From positions 44,578,001 through 44,642,000 of the forward strand of contig NC_059426.1 in NCBI RefSeq assembly GCF_021028975.2: a stretch of DNA of 64,000 nt, written 5' to 3'. Within the stretch, counting starts at the first letter, position 1, and the number at the start of each line of letters is the position of its first letter. The notes under the pieces were generated by a model. It had not been told where the DNA came from. It searched no databases and saw only the letters and a program-made list of their open reading frames with translations. Positions 23,351 through 36,620 of this stretch are shown piece by piece. This DNA comes from Sphaerodactylus townsendi. Taxonomy: Eukaryota. Position numbers and translations under genes: made by a program.

Positions 23351-23910
23351 GTTAGATCACATCTATATTATATAGCTGAAATTATCTCCATGTGGGGTCG
23401 CACATGAAAAGTGTTCAGAAACTTCAATTTGTACAAAAAGCTGCAGCCAAAATGTTGTGTGGAGTGGGTTATAGGAATCATACCACTCTTGCCTGGGCTC
23501 ATTTACTCTGGCTTCCAATTTGTTTCTGGGCTCAACTCAAGCTGTTTGTCCTGACATTTAAAGCCCCATATAGCTTAGGACCAGTAAACTTGAAGGATAA
23601 TTATTCTTTATCTTTTGTCCTTATTNNNNNNNNNNNNNNNNNNNNNNNNNNNNNNNNNNNNNNNNNNNNNNNNNNNNNNNNNNNNNNNNNNNNNNNNNNN
23701 NNNNNNNNNNNNNNNNNNNNNNNNNNNNNNNNNNNNNNNNNNNNNNNNNNNNNNNNNNNNNNNNNNNNNNNNNNNNNNNNNNNNNNNNNNNNNNNNNNNN
23801 NNNTTTTAAGAGGAGATTTTAATGTGTATTTTTGAAAATTTGTCACCTGCTTTGCTGGCTGCATGAGGGCAGAAAGGCAGGGTGAAAAATCTTATTAATA
23901 ATAAATAACC
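23350..23910 (+). mobile_element. L2 LINE 3' fragment spanning an N gap
   Basis: KSVQKLQFVQKAAAKMLCGVGYRNHTT..AHLLWLPICFWAQLKLFVLTFKA matches LQLVQNAAAR...LHWLP....QFK; L2-type tail after the gap. Confidence 0.85.
23626..23803. other. Assembly gap or masked run (178 N)
   Basis: Run of N. Confidence 0.99.
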
Positions 23911-24587
23911 TTTGGACCTGTCTTTAGTCACAGAGCACATATGTCTCATTGCACAGTGGTGAATACCCAGGGATGTTTTGGGTGAGGGTGGGGCATCTGG
24001 TGCTAGGCAGTGTGAGAGGGGCCAGGCTGGCTAAAGCCAGGTTTTGCTCCCTGCTGAGGTACTAGACAAGGCACAGATTACAGACAACATCGCTGCTGCC
24101 ATTGAGGGACAGTTAGTAACATGGATAAGCAGGGATGTCAGTTCTTCACTTGGCAGGATTTTCCTATCTTTTGGTTAAGCAGAGAATCTTGAATTAGACA
24201 TTGTGACTTATGATTTCTGGTGTCTGCTGCATGGGCATGGTACGTCATTGCACTGCTTCCCTGACATCCCTATCATAACCACCAATTCAGATAGTAAATG
24301 TTATTGAATGTGTTTGAGTTGTAACAACTGTATAATATGTATGCATTAACCAAACCCAATGCTGGATTAAAAGTTCCATTAAACATTCTAAAGGATTTTT
24401 AAAGGAAAATTGTCTGGTTAGTTTAGTGATATATCTTGTTTCATAAGTCACTGAAGGATGGATCACTGCAGAATAAATAAATATAGTGCACAACAAGTAG
24501 AGAAGAGCTTTCAGCAGTATGTTTTTGAGAAAGAGGAAATCAAGCAGGATTTCTTGATATGCTATTAGGACAATGAAAAGTCTTGTT

Positions 24588-24810
24588 GAAGAAGAGGAGT
24601 TGGTTTTTATACCCTGCTTTTCTCTACCTTCAAGGAATCTCAAAGCACCTTACAATTGCCTTCCTTTTCCCTCCCCACAACAGACACCCTGAGAGGTAGG
24701 TGGGACTGATAGAGTTCTGAGAAAACTCTAACTAGCCCAAGATCACCCAGCAGGCTTCTTGTGGAGAAGCAAACCTGATTCTTCAAATTAGAGTCCACTG
24801 CTTGGAGTAA
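24588..24810 (-). mobile_element. Squam2-like SINE
   Basis: gaagaagaggagttggtttttataccctgcttttctctacc...ctccccacaacagacaccct is the reverse complement of the 12407 family. Confidence 0.8.
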
Positions 24811-25441
24811 AAATGTCATGGGAAAACATTTATGATACAAAGAAATATCAAAACCACTAACATCCATAACCTTAGATTCTGATTACTAGCACTGTACCAC
24901 AGTATGCAAGGTAACCTTGAATTCTTCTCCAGCTTGGATTTGAATCTGAGCCTAAGAAAAAGCCTGTATACAGCCATTTAATGATAGAGCAACAACACTG
25001 TGGAAGATATGTCTGTGTCTCTGCTCCCCATCACTGAAGATGCGATATCAACTGCTGGTAGAGAGGAAATGAAGATCGAATGTAAGACTCCTCCTTACAT
25101 TTGCTCCCAGAATGCTGCTGTCAAGACTGACCCAGGCACCAGACTCCCAGGTGTCATGGAGAAAGAAAAGATGTGACTTCCTTCCTCCCCTTCTAACCTC
25201 TATACTTTGGAGAGCAAACCTTCCTTCCTCCAAACTGTTGTCACTGTGGAACAACCAGAGCCAACATGTCCATCACAGGGGCAAAAGTTTGAGGTCTGAT
25301 GGCTAGAGGCATTGGGGGCGCATGCTGAAGGTCTAGCAAATAGGAATTTTTTCTCTAATGCTGTTCATAATTTGCAGTGTTTTTTCTGGCTCAAGCTTGC
25401 ACTGATTACTACAAAAAAAAGACCTGAAACATTATCTCAAA

Positions 25442-25896
25442 GGCCGTTTCTGCACCGCCACACTTGGGGGGTGCGTCAGCGTATACGACGCCAACGCATC
25501 TCCCCGGGACCGTTTGCAGAAACAGTCCCGGTAGTGGCGGGGAAGATAGCGCAGCGCTGTGCCGTCACCCGAACGCCTTATCTTCCCTCCGACCTTCCGG
25601 AGCGTCGCCCAGGAGTCGCAGGGCAGGGGGCGTGTCCCCAGGCCTGGACAACGCGCCGGAAGGTCGGAGGGAAGGTAAGGCGTTCGGGAAAGGGGAGCGA
25701 TGGCAGCGATTAAAAGCCACTGTTTTCGAAATGCCTCGCCCAGGGAGTGAGGTTCGGAAACAGCGGCTTCATGCCGCTCGGGGGTTGCGAGGCCGCCGCT
25801 GCTGTGATACAGCAGTGGCGGCCGTGCAAACCCCTCCCCAGGGACGCTGTTTTTAGCATCCCTAGGTCGCTGTATTCCGCCCGTGCGGAAACAGCC
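25442..25896. mobile_element. PIF/Harbinger-type MITE with internal GC-rich fold-back
   Basis: TIR GGCCGTTTCTGCAC / GTGCGGAAACAGCC; internal arms cccgaacgccttatcttccctccgaccttccgg / ccggaaggtcggagggaaggtaaggcgttcggg. Confidence 0.85.
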
Positions 25897-26928
25897 ACAG
25901 ACCCTATTTGGCACTGTTTTGGTCCTTTCTGTGGCCTCTGCTTTGGTGGCCTTTTTTAAAAAAAAAGGGTGGTGGTTTTTATTGACTTGCCCATCAAGGG
26001 TCAAGTTGCGAGTGATGACATTTTCACACCACACAGCTGATTCTGATTGGCTCTGCAATTATACCACAGAGCCAAATCAAAGCAAGAACCATGTGTTTTC
26101 CTTTCACACTTTCATGTTATATTGCAGCTTTTCCTTATCAGCAACAAAATTGGTGTGGGGACTAGTTTGGCTAGAAATGTATGGGATAGAAATGTATGGG
26201 AAAGCACACCTTTCTTCTGCTCTATTAATAGGTACAGAAGAGTGCCCCATTTTCAGACATGCAAAGATGGAGCATATGAATTTTGCCTGACTGGGATGCA
26301 GGCCTTGAAAGAAAACTGGCCAGGTGGTATAGAAAACCAGCTGGGCTGGTTTAAAACAGGCCAGATGGCATCTCAGATTCTTTGTCCTTTTCCCATACAT
26401 GAAGAAGATGCAGACCCAGTTTGCCTGCTTTTTAGATTGCTCTCAGGTTTAAGTGAAGGTGCAAGCTTTAAAGTTATTATAACTTGGCTGTTTTCTTTGA
26501 TAAATTACATGAATAACATTTGAGACAATCCATGGTTAAATATTTATGCCTAGCACTATAGGACCAGGAATAAAAGCACAAAGAACCCCTAGAAGGATAA
26601 ATATATTTACCTAAATAAATTACCAAGACAAATACACTCCTATGTGTTCTGTACCAATAAACAGTAGGTATTCACTAAATTGTGAAATACAAATGGCTCA
26701 TTTCCTCTGAATGTACACTGAAAGATCTATAACGTGTTACACATTTCCTGTATTTTGCATATATATTTCAATATTCATCATGAAAAGGCTTGCATATGTG
26801 TCAATATACATTACTTTGCATACATTAAGAAAATATTTTGGTGGGGTTTTTTACACTTTATGGGTGCATTTTAACATAGGTGGGGTGGAGAATGTGAAAA
26901 TTCTATTTCATGATTAACCCTTTGTCGG

Positions 26929-26948
26929 CCTCTCTCTCTCTTTTTTTT

Positions 26949-26980
<32 letters not shown>
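26929..26980. repeat. (TC)n / T-rich microsatellite
   Basis: Direct inspection. Confidence 0.9.
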
Positions 26981-26983
<3 letters not shown>

Positions 26984-27288
26984 ATCAACATGACATTTTC
27001 ACAAAATGAATTGCTTGCTTAGACACAGCTAACTAAATAAAAGCAGGCCAGAGCCGATAGTATGAAAAATGGATTTTCATTACTATCTCATTGATTCTTG
27101 TAAATAAGGGCCCGAGGCCTGCTCCGAAAAGGCTGCAAAGAGTAATAATTTAATCTGAGGTGACACAGACCAAAATGTATGTGGACAAAAATCATCCTTG
27201 AATATTAAACAACAGCCTCAAGACAGAGGAAAGTGTTAGGGGCACATTTAAATGTATGCAGATCGGTGGGTAACGTATTTAAAAACAG

Positions 27289-27556
27289 NNNNNNNNNNNN
27301 NNNNNNNNNNNNNNNNNNNNNNNNNNNNNNNNNNNNNNNNNNNNNNNNNNNNNNNNNNNNNNNNNNNNNNNNNNNNNNNNNNNNNNNNNNNNNNNNNNNN
27401 NNNNNNNNNNNNNNNNNNNNNNNNNNNNNNNNNNNNNNNNNNNNNNNNNNNNNNNNNNNNNNNNNNNNNNNNNNNNNNNNNNNNNNNNNNNNNNNNNNNN
27501 NNNNNNNNNNNNNNNNNNNNNNNNNNNNNNNNNNNNNNNNNNNNNNNNNNNNNNNN
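27289..27556. other. Assembly gap or masked run (268 N)
   Basis: Run of N. Confidence 0.99.
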
Positions 27557-28078
27557 TTGGAGGCCCTTTGAATGTTCTCTATAAAAATAGATAAAATAGT
27601 TCATTATTCTATTATGCATGTAATTTGTTTGGCTTCCTTACTCGCTGCTGTTTTTATAGAGAAGGGTCTTTTTTCATATTTTAAAAAACTATCCGAAATT
27701 CTATATTGGGCCATACCATTGGCTTCAGAAACTTGGTTCTGTTGGCAGTGGTGGGAGAAGCTGTGGACTTTTACAATGATGATTCCTAGCTCTGTTTTCC
27801 ATGGGCAGATCCAAATAAGCTTTTATATTTTCAAACCTAGGCCAACTATTGCCTTTTTTATCCCACCATTCTTTGAGACAACCTGGCTTAAATTAAGTGC
27901 ATCTGTAAAACGGCCTCCTGAATCTGTTCTCCTCCCATATTGCAAACTGACCTTCACCATGCCCTGTACACATAATATATTTTTATTTTCTTTCACCCGC
28001 AGCATTTTAAAACATCCTGTTCTATGATACTTTAAAAACTAGGCCATTATTTTGTAGCATTCAGTTGGAATGAATAAA

Positions 28079-28423
28079 TAGGGTTGCCAGCCTAAGCGAG
28101 ATGATGGACCAGGAGAGTTGGGGATGGGGAGATGTAGGGGGCAGCATCAGAAGTGTGATAGAATCACTTTCAGGGAAACCCCGAAACAACAGTAGTATCT
28201 GTAGGAATCAGCAAAAACTCTTTAAAAAAACCACATAGTTTTTAGTGTTTCCTAGAGCTACTGGCTTTCTTCCAGGTTCTTCCTGAAAGTGACATCATCA
28301 CAATGCTAGTGTTTTATTTAAAAAAAAAAACAACTCACACGCAGAGAGAGCTTGAAGTGGCAGCAGGCAATAGAAGCTTGAGGTAGGGGAGTCTCCACCC
28401 CAACAAGGGGTTTGGCAGCCCTA
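28079..28423. mobile_element. MITE with TAGGGTTGCCA TIR (hAT-like)
   Basis: TAGGGTTGCCA...TGGCAGCCCTA; TSD tgaataaa/ctaataaa. Confidence 0.75.
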
Positions 28424-29799
28424 CTAATAAAGGATTTATGCTGCTATACTGATTTCCACTATTTGTCAGCTACTTTTTCAGTGTAGTTCTGTGGTTAGAT
28501 GGGCATGGTACAGACCATGGTTCATATCCCCACAAGATTTCATGAGGGCCACTAATTTAGCTGGCTTTAAAAGGATTACACAAATTCATGCAGGCCAGGT
28601 TCATTGGTTAGTTATGATGACTAAATAGAATCTTACATCCACATTCAGAGGCAATGGCTTTCAGAATGCCAGTTCTGGAAGGCAGCAACAGTCAAAGCCT
28701 TTGCCCTCTGTTCTTGGTTTGGGTTTTTTTTTTAAAGGGCATCCAATTGGCCACTATGTGAAACAGAATGCTGGGCTAGATGGACCATTGGCTTGATTCA
28801 GCACAGCTGTTCATCTGTTTGTATGCTGTTACAACAGGTAAATTGTACCAGCCTCTCCAGCAAATACAATGCTGTAGCACAACAGTGTGCTGGGTCTATT
28901 CATATTTCCATTGTAATATTACAAGTGATTGAATTGTTTCTCAAATCTCTAATCCAGGAAACATCCTTTTAAGCAAAGGATTGCCTTCAAATCTCCCGTG
29001 GAAACTATTTACCTTCGGAAACCATATCTTAGGATATTATTTCGAAAAGAGATGGGAGTGAATCCCCGCTTGGCTTTGATTTTGTTAAAAAAACGATATT
29101 AACATTTTGAAGAGACAGAAAGAAACTTCAGGGACTCACTTTAAAAAAAATTACTAATTCCTTCCAACATTCACAAAAATATCAAGCTTGGCAAGCAGTT
29201 GCTTTGCAAAGATTAGCAGATTCGTTCACAGCCCTGTTAAGAACGGCCCCTTTGGCAACTTTATCCTTGCAGAAACAAACCCAAAGAACATGCAATATTT
29301 TATAGGTTACACATGTGCATCATTGCCCTGATGTGTCATTAGTAGGTGGTGTCGCACCAAATTGCTCTGCTTTACACTGCATATTTCATTCTGGAAAACA
29401 GTCTGGGTTTTTTAAAGCATCATTTTTGGCAAATGTAAGAATGTCATGTTTTAGAAATCTAATATTACGAGAGAGCTTCAGTCCTAGAAGAAAATGTTAA
29501 AGGGAAATAGTGGGTGCATAATTTGTTGTGGACATCAACTGGTCAGGCAATCAGAATCAACCTAGAAGTTGCATTGCACATAGGAATTATAGAAGTAAAA
29601 CTGAATACCCGTCGACAGAGAATGAATGAATGAATTGAGTTTATTTGCATATGGCCATGGGCCTTTACAAAACATTGCAAACTAACTGGACACTTTATGA
29701 AATGCATATGAACATTACAATTAGAATTACAGTGGTATGAGCAACTTTGAAATGATAAGTAACAATAAAACAATCAGGATGTTCAATCAACCTGTTCTC

Positions 29800-29905
29800 C
29801 TTGATGCTAGTTGGCTGGGGTCATGGCTGAAAAACACATGGCCCTGGCTGAGGACTGCCAGATAGGTTTTGGGTCAGGGACCACTAAAAGATTGTTATTT
29901 GCAGA
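29800..29905 (-). mobile_element. L2 LINE small fragment
   Basis: SANNNLLVVPDPKPIWQSSARAMCFSAMTP matches L2 LL.VP.....R.RAFS..AP. Confidence 0.6.
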
Positions 29906-31188
29906 GTACAATTTTTTTTGCAGGGGGGTGGGGGGCGTAACAAAGTTCTGGGGGGCATATAACATGTATATTTCCTTAAAGGTCAATGGTTCCAATGTAA
30001 GAAAACACAGCCAGAACAACCAAAGTTGTATGTGTTGTTATCTGTGAAATCTGAAACCCAACAGATCAGCTGTCTGGTAGGGCAGGAAATGAATTTAACC
30101 CCAGTTTCTCCCAAGTTGTTCATTGGTTGAAGTTTTAACTTTTTCAAAAGGGCTCTCTGTTCTGCTTTGGCAATTGGATCTCATAGGACAACTGTGTGAG
30201 CAATATCTGTCTCTATGTGTAGTCAATAGTTTCTCAGATCAGTGTTGGATGTACATGGGGAAATTGATATATTTTACCACAAAGAGAAACCAGTCAGGTG
30301 GTTTTTGCAGAGCTGGGTGTACTGAATCTTACTACAGATGTGGTACGATTTCTAAACCCAAGCAGTTTTTTTCCTGTAAGCTGTCTGGGTGGGAAATTGT
30401 CTGGAATCTATTTGCTTGCAAGCCATTCTAAGGTCTAACAGCAAACAGAAAGCCTGAACTTGTTTGCAGTCTTCTGTAGTTCTAATAGGACTGTGTCCTG
30501 AGACACAAGACTGTCAATATGTACTGAGTATCAACTTCATAGCCATCAAAATTAGAGTATAATGATCAATAATGTTGAATTATAGTCATTACTTTTGTTG
30601 GAAATGGTGTTTTCCATGTGACAGCGTGTGTTTCTGTACCAAAATCTATGCCCCCAACTATAATCTAACACATACTTTACAGGGCCAGGATTGGGCTGTT
30701 AACTACATACATTGCTAACAGTTTTGCCGCTAACAGTATATGCAGTGAAAAGGAAATGTTTCCACATGCCATCTTTTAATTTGAATAGGTGTTGCAGCTA
30801 AAAATAGTGATCTTGAGCCAAAAGTGCATTCTAGCATTTTTCTTTCCTGTGTTGCTTTTTTTAAAAAAAGCTAAGACAATTGGTAGTCATAGCCTAGCCT
30901 TGAAAAAAAATTCTGTACACAAACCCAACCATGATTTACTCATAGTTATATTGTCAAGAAATGCAATCAAACAATATTTCCTGCTAATTAATTATTTGGC
31001 ATATTTATTTAAATGGTTCCTTCTGCTATAAATGGGGCCCAGTATGGCTTATAGGTATGTTTAAATAAACCAACAAAAACTGTTATAAAAGATTAATAGA
31101 AAATATTAATAGTGTCAGTAGTACATTCCTAAGGAAACTTCCTTGAGAGTAAGCCCCATTGGCCACACCTGTTTAGAACTGTTTTCCA

Positions 31189-31276
31189 ACAGTGCAGTCC
31201 TAAATGGAATTACACCCTTCTAAAACCATTGCCTTCAATAGCGTTAGAAGGGTATAACTCGGCTTAGAATTGCATT
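31189..31276. mobile_element. ~90-bp palindromic mini-MITE (other copies at ~3105-3227 and ~37665-37740)
   Basis: cagtgcagtcctaa...ttacacccttctaa..ccattg..ttcaat...ttagaagggtataac...ttagaattgcatt folds back on itself. Confidence 0.7.
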
Positions 31277-31877
31277 ATTGATTTCCTTTGGGTGAGAGAT
31301 TACTGGTGATTTAAACAGTCTGTATATTTCCTCCCCATCCCCCAAAAAAGCAAAGCAAAGAGAAATGCTTTCAAGACAGCAGGGTGACTCACTCCAATGA
31401 CTGTTCAAATCAAGGGAAACTGAATGCACCAAGGTGATTTACCAATCAGCTACCTCACCACTCTTTCTGTGTCTCTGAAAATTCAGAACTGCTTTTATTT
31501 CTCATGTACCACCTGCCAAATGCTCATCTCAGATCTTCGGGTACACTGTAGATTCAGGATTGAGAGCATCCCTGCAGGTTCTTAGTTGCCTACCAAACTC
31601 TAAGGTGCAACTTCCAATGGGCATGATGAAGGTGGAAGCCAGGTGGAAGATAGATGGAATCTATCATCTATTTATACACAGCTGAAGACCAGCTTAAAAT
31701 CTCAAGGCCTACTCCCCCTGATCCTTCAGGACAAATGCCAGTCCAAATGGTTCAAAACACGTTGACTCAGTCTTGAGAGTTTAGACTTCTCTCCACATGC
31801 ACTTCAGCAGTTGGGATTAGAGTGAGCAAAACAAAGAGTAGACAAAGAGTAAAAAACAAGATCTGTTCACTTTGATC

Positions 31878-32168
31878 CAGGTGTCCTCAGCGTTTTTGAC
31901 CTTGTGGATACCTTTGGAATTCTGACAGTGGAGGGTGCCACAAAATAGCTGCCACAATATGGCTAGTATTGCAGGAGGTGGAGTTGGCCACAAAATGGTG
32001 ACAACAGCTGTAAAGTCAATGTTTTGAAAAATCATCAATGGCCAATTAAAAGCCTTGCTGACAAAAGCCACACCTGGCTCCACCCACTTTCTAAAAACAT
32101 TTGGTGAGTGCCAGGAAAGGTGTCGATGGGCACAATGGTACCCACAAACACCCCACTGGGGACTTCTT
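31878..32168. mobile_element. hAT-type MITE, degenerate
   Basis: Ends caggtgtcctcag / ctggggacttctt; TSD ctttgatc/ctctgatc (7/8). Confidence 0.65.
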
Positions 32169-32769
32169 CTCTGATCAAGTTCATAATATTATCAATAACA
32201 GCAGAAACCATAATAACAAGAGGCAGCAGCACAGAAGGGGTTCTTATATTACCTTCTGTGGAAACAAAAAGTGCAGTGAGATTTCAGAAAAGTTGCCGGC
32301 CTTATATATACCATCTGCAGGATTGTATTGTATGACAGGCACAAAATATGCTCCTATCAAAAGAAGGAACTTCTGGCAGTGGGTAGGAAAACCTGTCAAT
32401 CTAGCTCTGGCTAAGTATTGGTTCAATCTGCCAGGCGTTTGGCCAGCCTGGTTAAAAATACATCTACCGTGTCATCTGGTCTCCCATGGGCACAAGGAGG
32501 GGAGGGGGGTAGCCAGACGCCATCCACATTTTTAATGGGTTCTGTTTTTATGTAATTGGTATTTAAATTATGTTTTAATGTATGTTTTAACCTGTTGTGA
32601 ACCGCCCTGAGCCCTCAGGGGGAGGGCGGTATATAAAACTAATTTAAATAAATAAATAAATAAATCAGTGATTGTGGCTCATGATAACTGATTCAGGCTG
32701 GGAACCAGATGGATATCCCAAAACCCAAGAATTGTATGTATAGCAACAATTCACTTATGTGATTCCAAC

Positions 32770-34124
32770 TAGGAATGCATGGTCCAAATATCCTGGGGTG
32801 AGCAAGAGAACGATCCCTGTGCGGCGATGAAGTTCACACGGGCTGTTTTTGCATTTTCTAATGCTCTGTGGCTTATCTGGGGAGTGTATCTGCTGCGGGG
32901 CTTCTCACCCTGCATGTAGTTCCCCACTGCTGCCCATCTCTGTCTTTCACTCGAATCAGGGCCGGTGAGTGAAGTCCCAAATGGTTTCCCACAAGCCCAG
33001 GGCTTTGCCATAAGCACAGCTTAAGCACTGCAAGCTCTACCAGATTCTCTTTCATGCATGCACAGGCAGCTTCCATTTCCTGCATTCAGATTGGCTGAAT
33101 CTTGCCCCATTCCCCCCACTCACTTTCACTATTTTAGTTGTACTTGACAAATCAGGCACTGTGAATTGACGCCCTTGCCCCTCCGATCTAAAATCCTTGT
33201 GTATGCGATGGGATAGCGGTCCTCCACCCCCCACCCCCGTCTCAAATGTCAATCTAAAACCCTTTCAGATGCAAGCAAATCGCTGCCCTCCCATTCACGG
33301 CACCTGTACACACAACTTTTCTTCCCAAGGTTTCTCCCTCCTTTATAAAAACCAAGATTTATCCCTCTGGACTCAGGGTGCTGCTTCTCAGCGCATTCCA
33401 TTGGTGGGGCAGGCCAGAGCGGTGAGGCAGGAAAACTGGCCCCGTTTATGCTATGGAGGAATTTTGCACACCGGTGGAAGCCTCCAGAGCAACAAAGGGG
33501 GCATTTCAAAAGGACCTCAACCTTTGCAGTTCAGGAAATTCGCAGATCAAAGCCATTGCCGCAGGGCGGCTCTGGGGCAGAAACGTGGCAGCCACGCTGC
33601 AGCACCAAGGGCTGTGCGAAACTCCTGATTGCATCGGGGCAATTCCCATACCAACAGAGGAGCAATTTGAGTGTGCAAAAACATCCACGGTTCCCAGTCC
33701 TAACGTGGTTTTGTCCCGTGATATTTCCCTCCTCCCAGGATATTGAAAAATCACCAAATTGGTGATTCTTTTCCAAAATCCTGGGGTGAACCTGCTACCA
33801 TGCAAACACCATGAGAGCAGACCAGTTTATTTTTCCTGCCCAGCTGGCTGATCTCCCTACCCTTCCGCCTACCCCCCTGATCTCCCTGCCTGATGTTAAT
33901 TCAAGCTGCCACTCAAAAACAACAGCCAATCAGAATACAGGACACTGGGCATGCTCAGATACACTTGCAATGTAAATACAGAAGTCCTGGGCTTGTGTGA
34001 AAGGAATTAGAGTATTTCCTTCACAAAATGGGCAGCCATGCGAAGAGAGATACCAGGATAAAATAAACCCAGATTGTAAGAACCCGGTTGTAACCAGGTA
34101 TGATTGTGCCGTGCGGAAATGGCC
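32770..34124 (+). mobile_element. Degenerate Harbinger-like element with a possible transposase remnant
   Basis: Right end GTGCGGAAATGGCC is the same TIR as the local MITE family; possible transposase-like peptides at ~33450-33695; left TIR not found. Confidence 0.45.
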
Positions 34125-35887
34125 TAGGATGCTTGTAAAGGTGCCATTTTCCATCAATGCCTTTTCCTCGTATGCTTCTCTTGATTGTGACCTCTGGTTA
34201 ACACTGAGGATGTTTTGATCATAAACATATTCTAACTCAGGGTTTCCAAAAGTTGCTTATTGAATTTGCTCTCTCCTTAGAAGTACTATTTGCTGTTTCT
34301 CTTTTAGCTGAAATTAGAAATCAACAATATTTTCCGTGTATGCTATTGCTTTGGTTGCTGTACTGGGAAATAAACTGCATCAGCAAAGTATAACGAACTG
34401 TAAGAGAGCCCATGTGGAGAATCTGGGTTTGTTTTTTTCTCTCAAGCTTCAATTCTCCTGAGCTGAAAATCCATTAAGAAATTTGATGATCTACCTTCCT
34501 TTCACCTAACTTTCCTGGCTTAATTATTTTTAATGGGTTTCTTTCTGGTTTTGAAAATGCTCAGTACGTGCAAGTGATTTATTGATATGTGCCCCACCCT
34601 TTCTGGACTGTAACTGGAAAGCCTCCAATGCTGGTTCCATTTAAATGATGCATCAGGATAATTTCTTGATAGTAATACCTTCTAAGTGAACAGGACCACT
34701 TTCCTGAGGGGCCCACAGTGGCTATTGTAGGCTTCTGTGGGTTGGGTTTTTTTCTTAATTAATGGTTTCTCTACTTGATATTTGTCAGGAATCCTTTCAG
34801 TGATACAGCAGATGCCTTTCCTCAGACATCCTGCTGTGTCCTCACTTTTAGTAGCTCTTCCAATGTAACCCAGTATTAATTTGAGGCATTTGTAAAAGCT
34901 GGCTCTTCAGTTCTGCTTCATCACTTTTTGGTCTTAGTAGTGCAAAGGTGACAGATTAGAGTAAAGAAAGTAGGGTTGACCCCAAATGTCCTCTTGTTTC
35001 TTTTTGATTCTGTATGTTTTTGTGGGCTATGGTTTCAGCTTGCCTTCCATTTCTCTTGTTGATTATGTCTTTGTTTTATTTGTTTCTTTTATGCTCAGAA
35101 CTGAGGAATTTTAACTCAGGGTTTTAAAGGAAAGGTTCTGTCTTTAATCTGTTGTTTAATGGCTTGCTTGTAGTTACAGGATGTTCACTATGTTGCAAAA
35201 TACCATTATATGTACTTTTTATGTCTCTCTCACTCAAGCTTATTGCTTGCTTTATTTCAAGCTTTAATATTGATCATTTTATTGTGACTTTATTATACTT
35301 TTTAGTGTGTGAGGCATCTCAATCAAGAATCTGGAAAAGAATATATATATATTCTCCAGATAAATACATCTGAGCCACCAGGTGTTCTTACATTGATGGA
35401 TAATATTTTTTCCCCTAAGAATTCAGAACCGAGCTGTGCGGAAGACTGTTAGGTTTGTGAAGAAACAAGAAAAATGCTTCTGGCTATGCAGAGCATAACC
35501 ACTGGACAAACATTCTAGTGACAATACTCTGGTGAATTCCACACAGCATATGCATAAAAGGGTTGCAGTTGTTATAAAGGAACCAGTTTTCCTTTTTCCC
35601 ATTCGCATGTGTTCCCTTCACCCATTCAAGCAGCAATTGGAGCCCATGTAAACAATCCGGATTGCTTTTGCAACTTTGCACAGAGATGCTTCTCTTTTTT
35701 TCATTTCTTGCAACACATGTGTAGCTGCACAGGCACAGAGAAATGAACCCCCGCAGCCACGTTGATTGTCCCACAGTCTGATCAGTTGCACCTGATCAGT
35801 TGCACCTGTGCATGTGCAACATAAAAAAGAAAAGAGACCTCCCTGCAACAACCGGGCAATAATGAATGTGTTGCTGTAGATTGGTCT

Positions 35888-36620
35888 CAAACAAACAAAC
35901 AAACAAACAAACAAACAAACAAACAAACAAACAAACAAACAAACAAACAAAGAACCTTTATTGGCATAACAATATTATATACACAAGTCCACTTAACCAA
36001 ATAGAGGGAAACTAAAATAAATGTACAGGAAAAGAGGCTGATGGTCAGGATTTGCTCCTAGAACGCTGTTTCATGTACAAATCCAAAAATTTGGCGACTG
36101 CATCGTTTGCATCACTACTGGGACTGTCCAACAGAAAGATAATCTTTTGTAAGTCAGATGCATACTCTTTTTTGAGTAGCAGGGATGACAGGTATTTGAC
36201 TCTGGATACAGCGTAGAGTGGACAATAAAGTAAAATGTGATCTATAGAGTCTACACTGATCCATTGCATATGCATAGCCTTAGGTGGTAAGGGGTTATAG
36301 TGAATCTCCCTGTTGATACGGCTGATGGAAGGGCATTGCAACGGGCCAACATCATTGCTCTACGGAGACTGGGCACGGTTATCTGGTGCAGGTATTGAGC
36401 CCCCTTATTGCCAACGTAAGTGATACCCAGAGCTAAAGGAGAGCAAGTCCTGGAAGCCTTTTCAAGTAGTATCTGATGTTCCTGGTCACATAGCCTTCTC
36501 TTCAAAAGTCGAAAAGTCTCTTTAGATGGTAACATGGCCAGATAATCCAAAGAATAGCCTAGTTTGTTAATTTTTTGTTCCTATAGTGCCCCACCATTCC
36601 GAATGACAAGAAGTCTTGAG
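35888..36620 (-). mobile_element. RTE-X-like LINE 3' end with an (AAAC)n tail on the + strand
   Basis: LRRAMMLARCNALPSAVSTGRF..TPYHLRLCICN [frameshift] SVDSIDHILLYCPLY..SR...VAKFL; 3' end ttatgccaataaagg as in 12063; microsatellite at 35888-35951. Confidence 0.85.

Noticed and set aside
25432-26058. 208-aa minus-strand ORF (longest in the window) and the 194-aa ORF at 51585-52169
   Set aside because: Both lie in GC-rich MITEs where stop codons are scarce; no protein motifs.
13353-27619. ORFs containing long X runs
   Set aside because: Artefacts of translating through N gaps.
27572-28027. 151-aa ORF after the gap
   Set aside because: No recognisable domain or splice structure; composition typical of random AT-rich ORFs.
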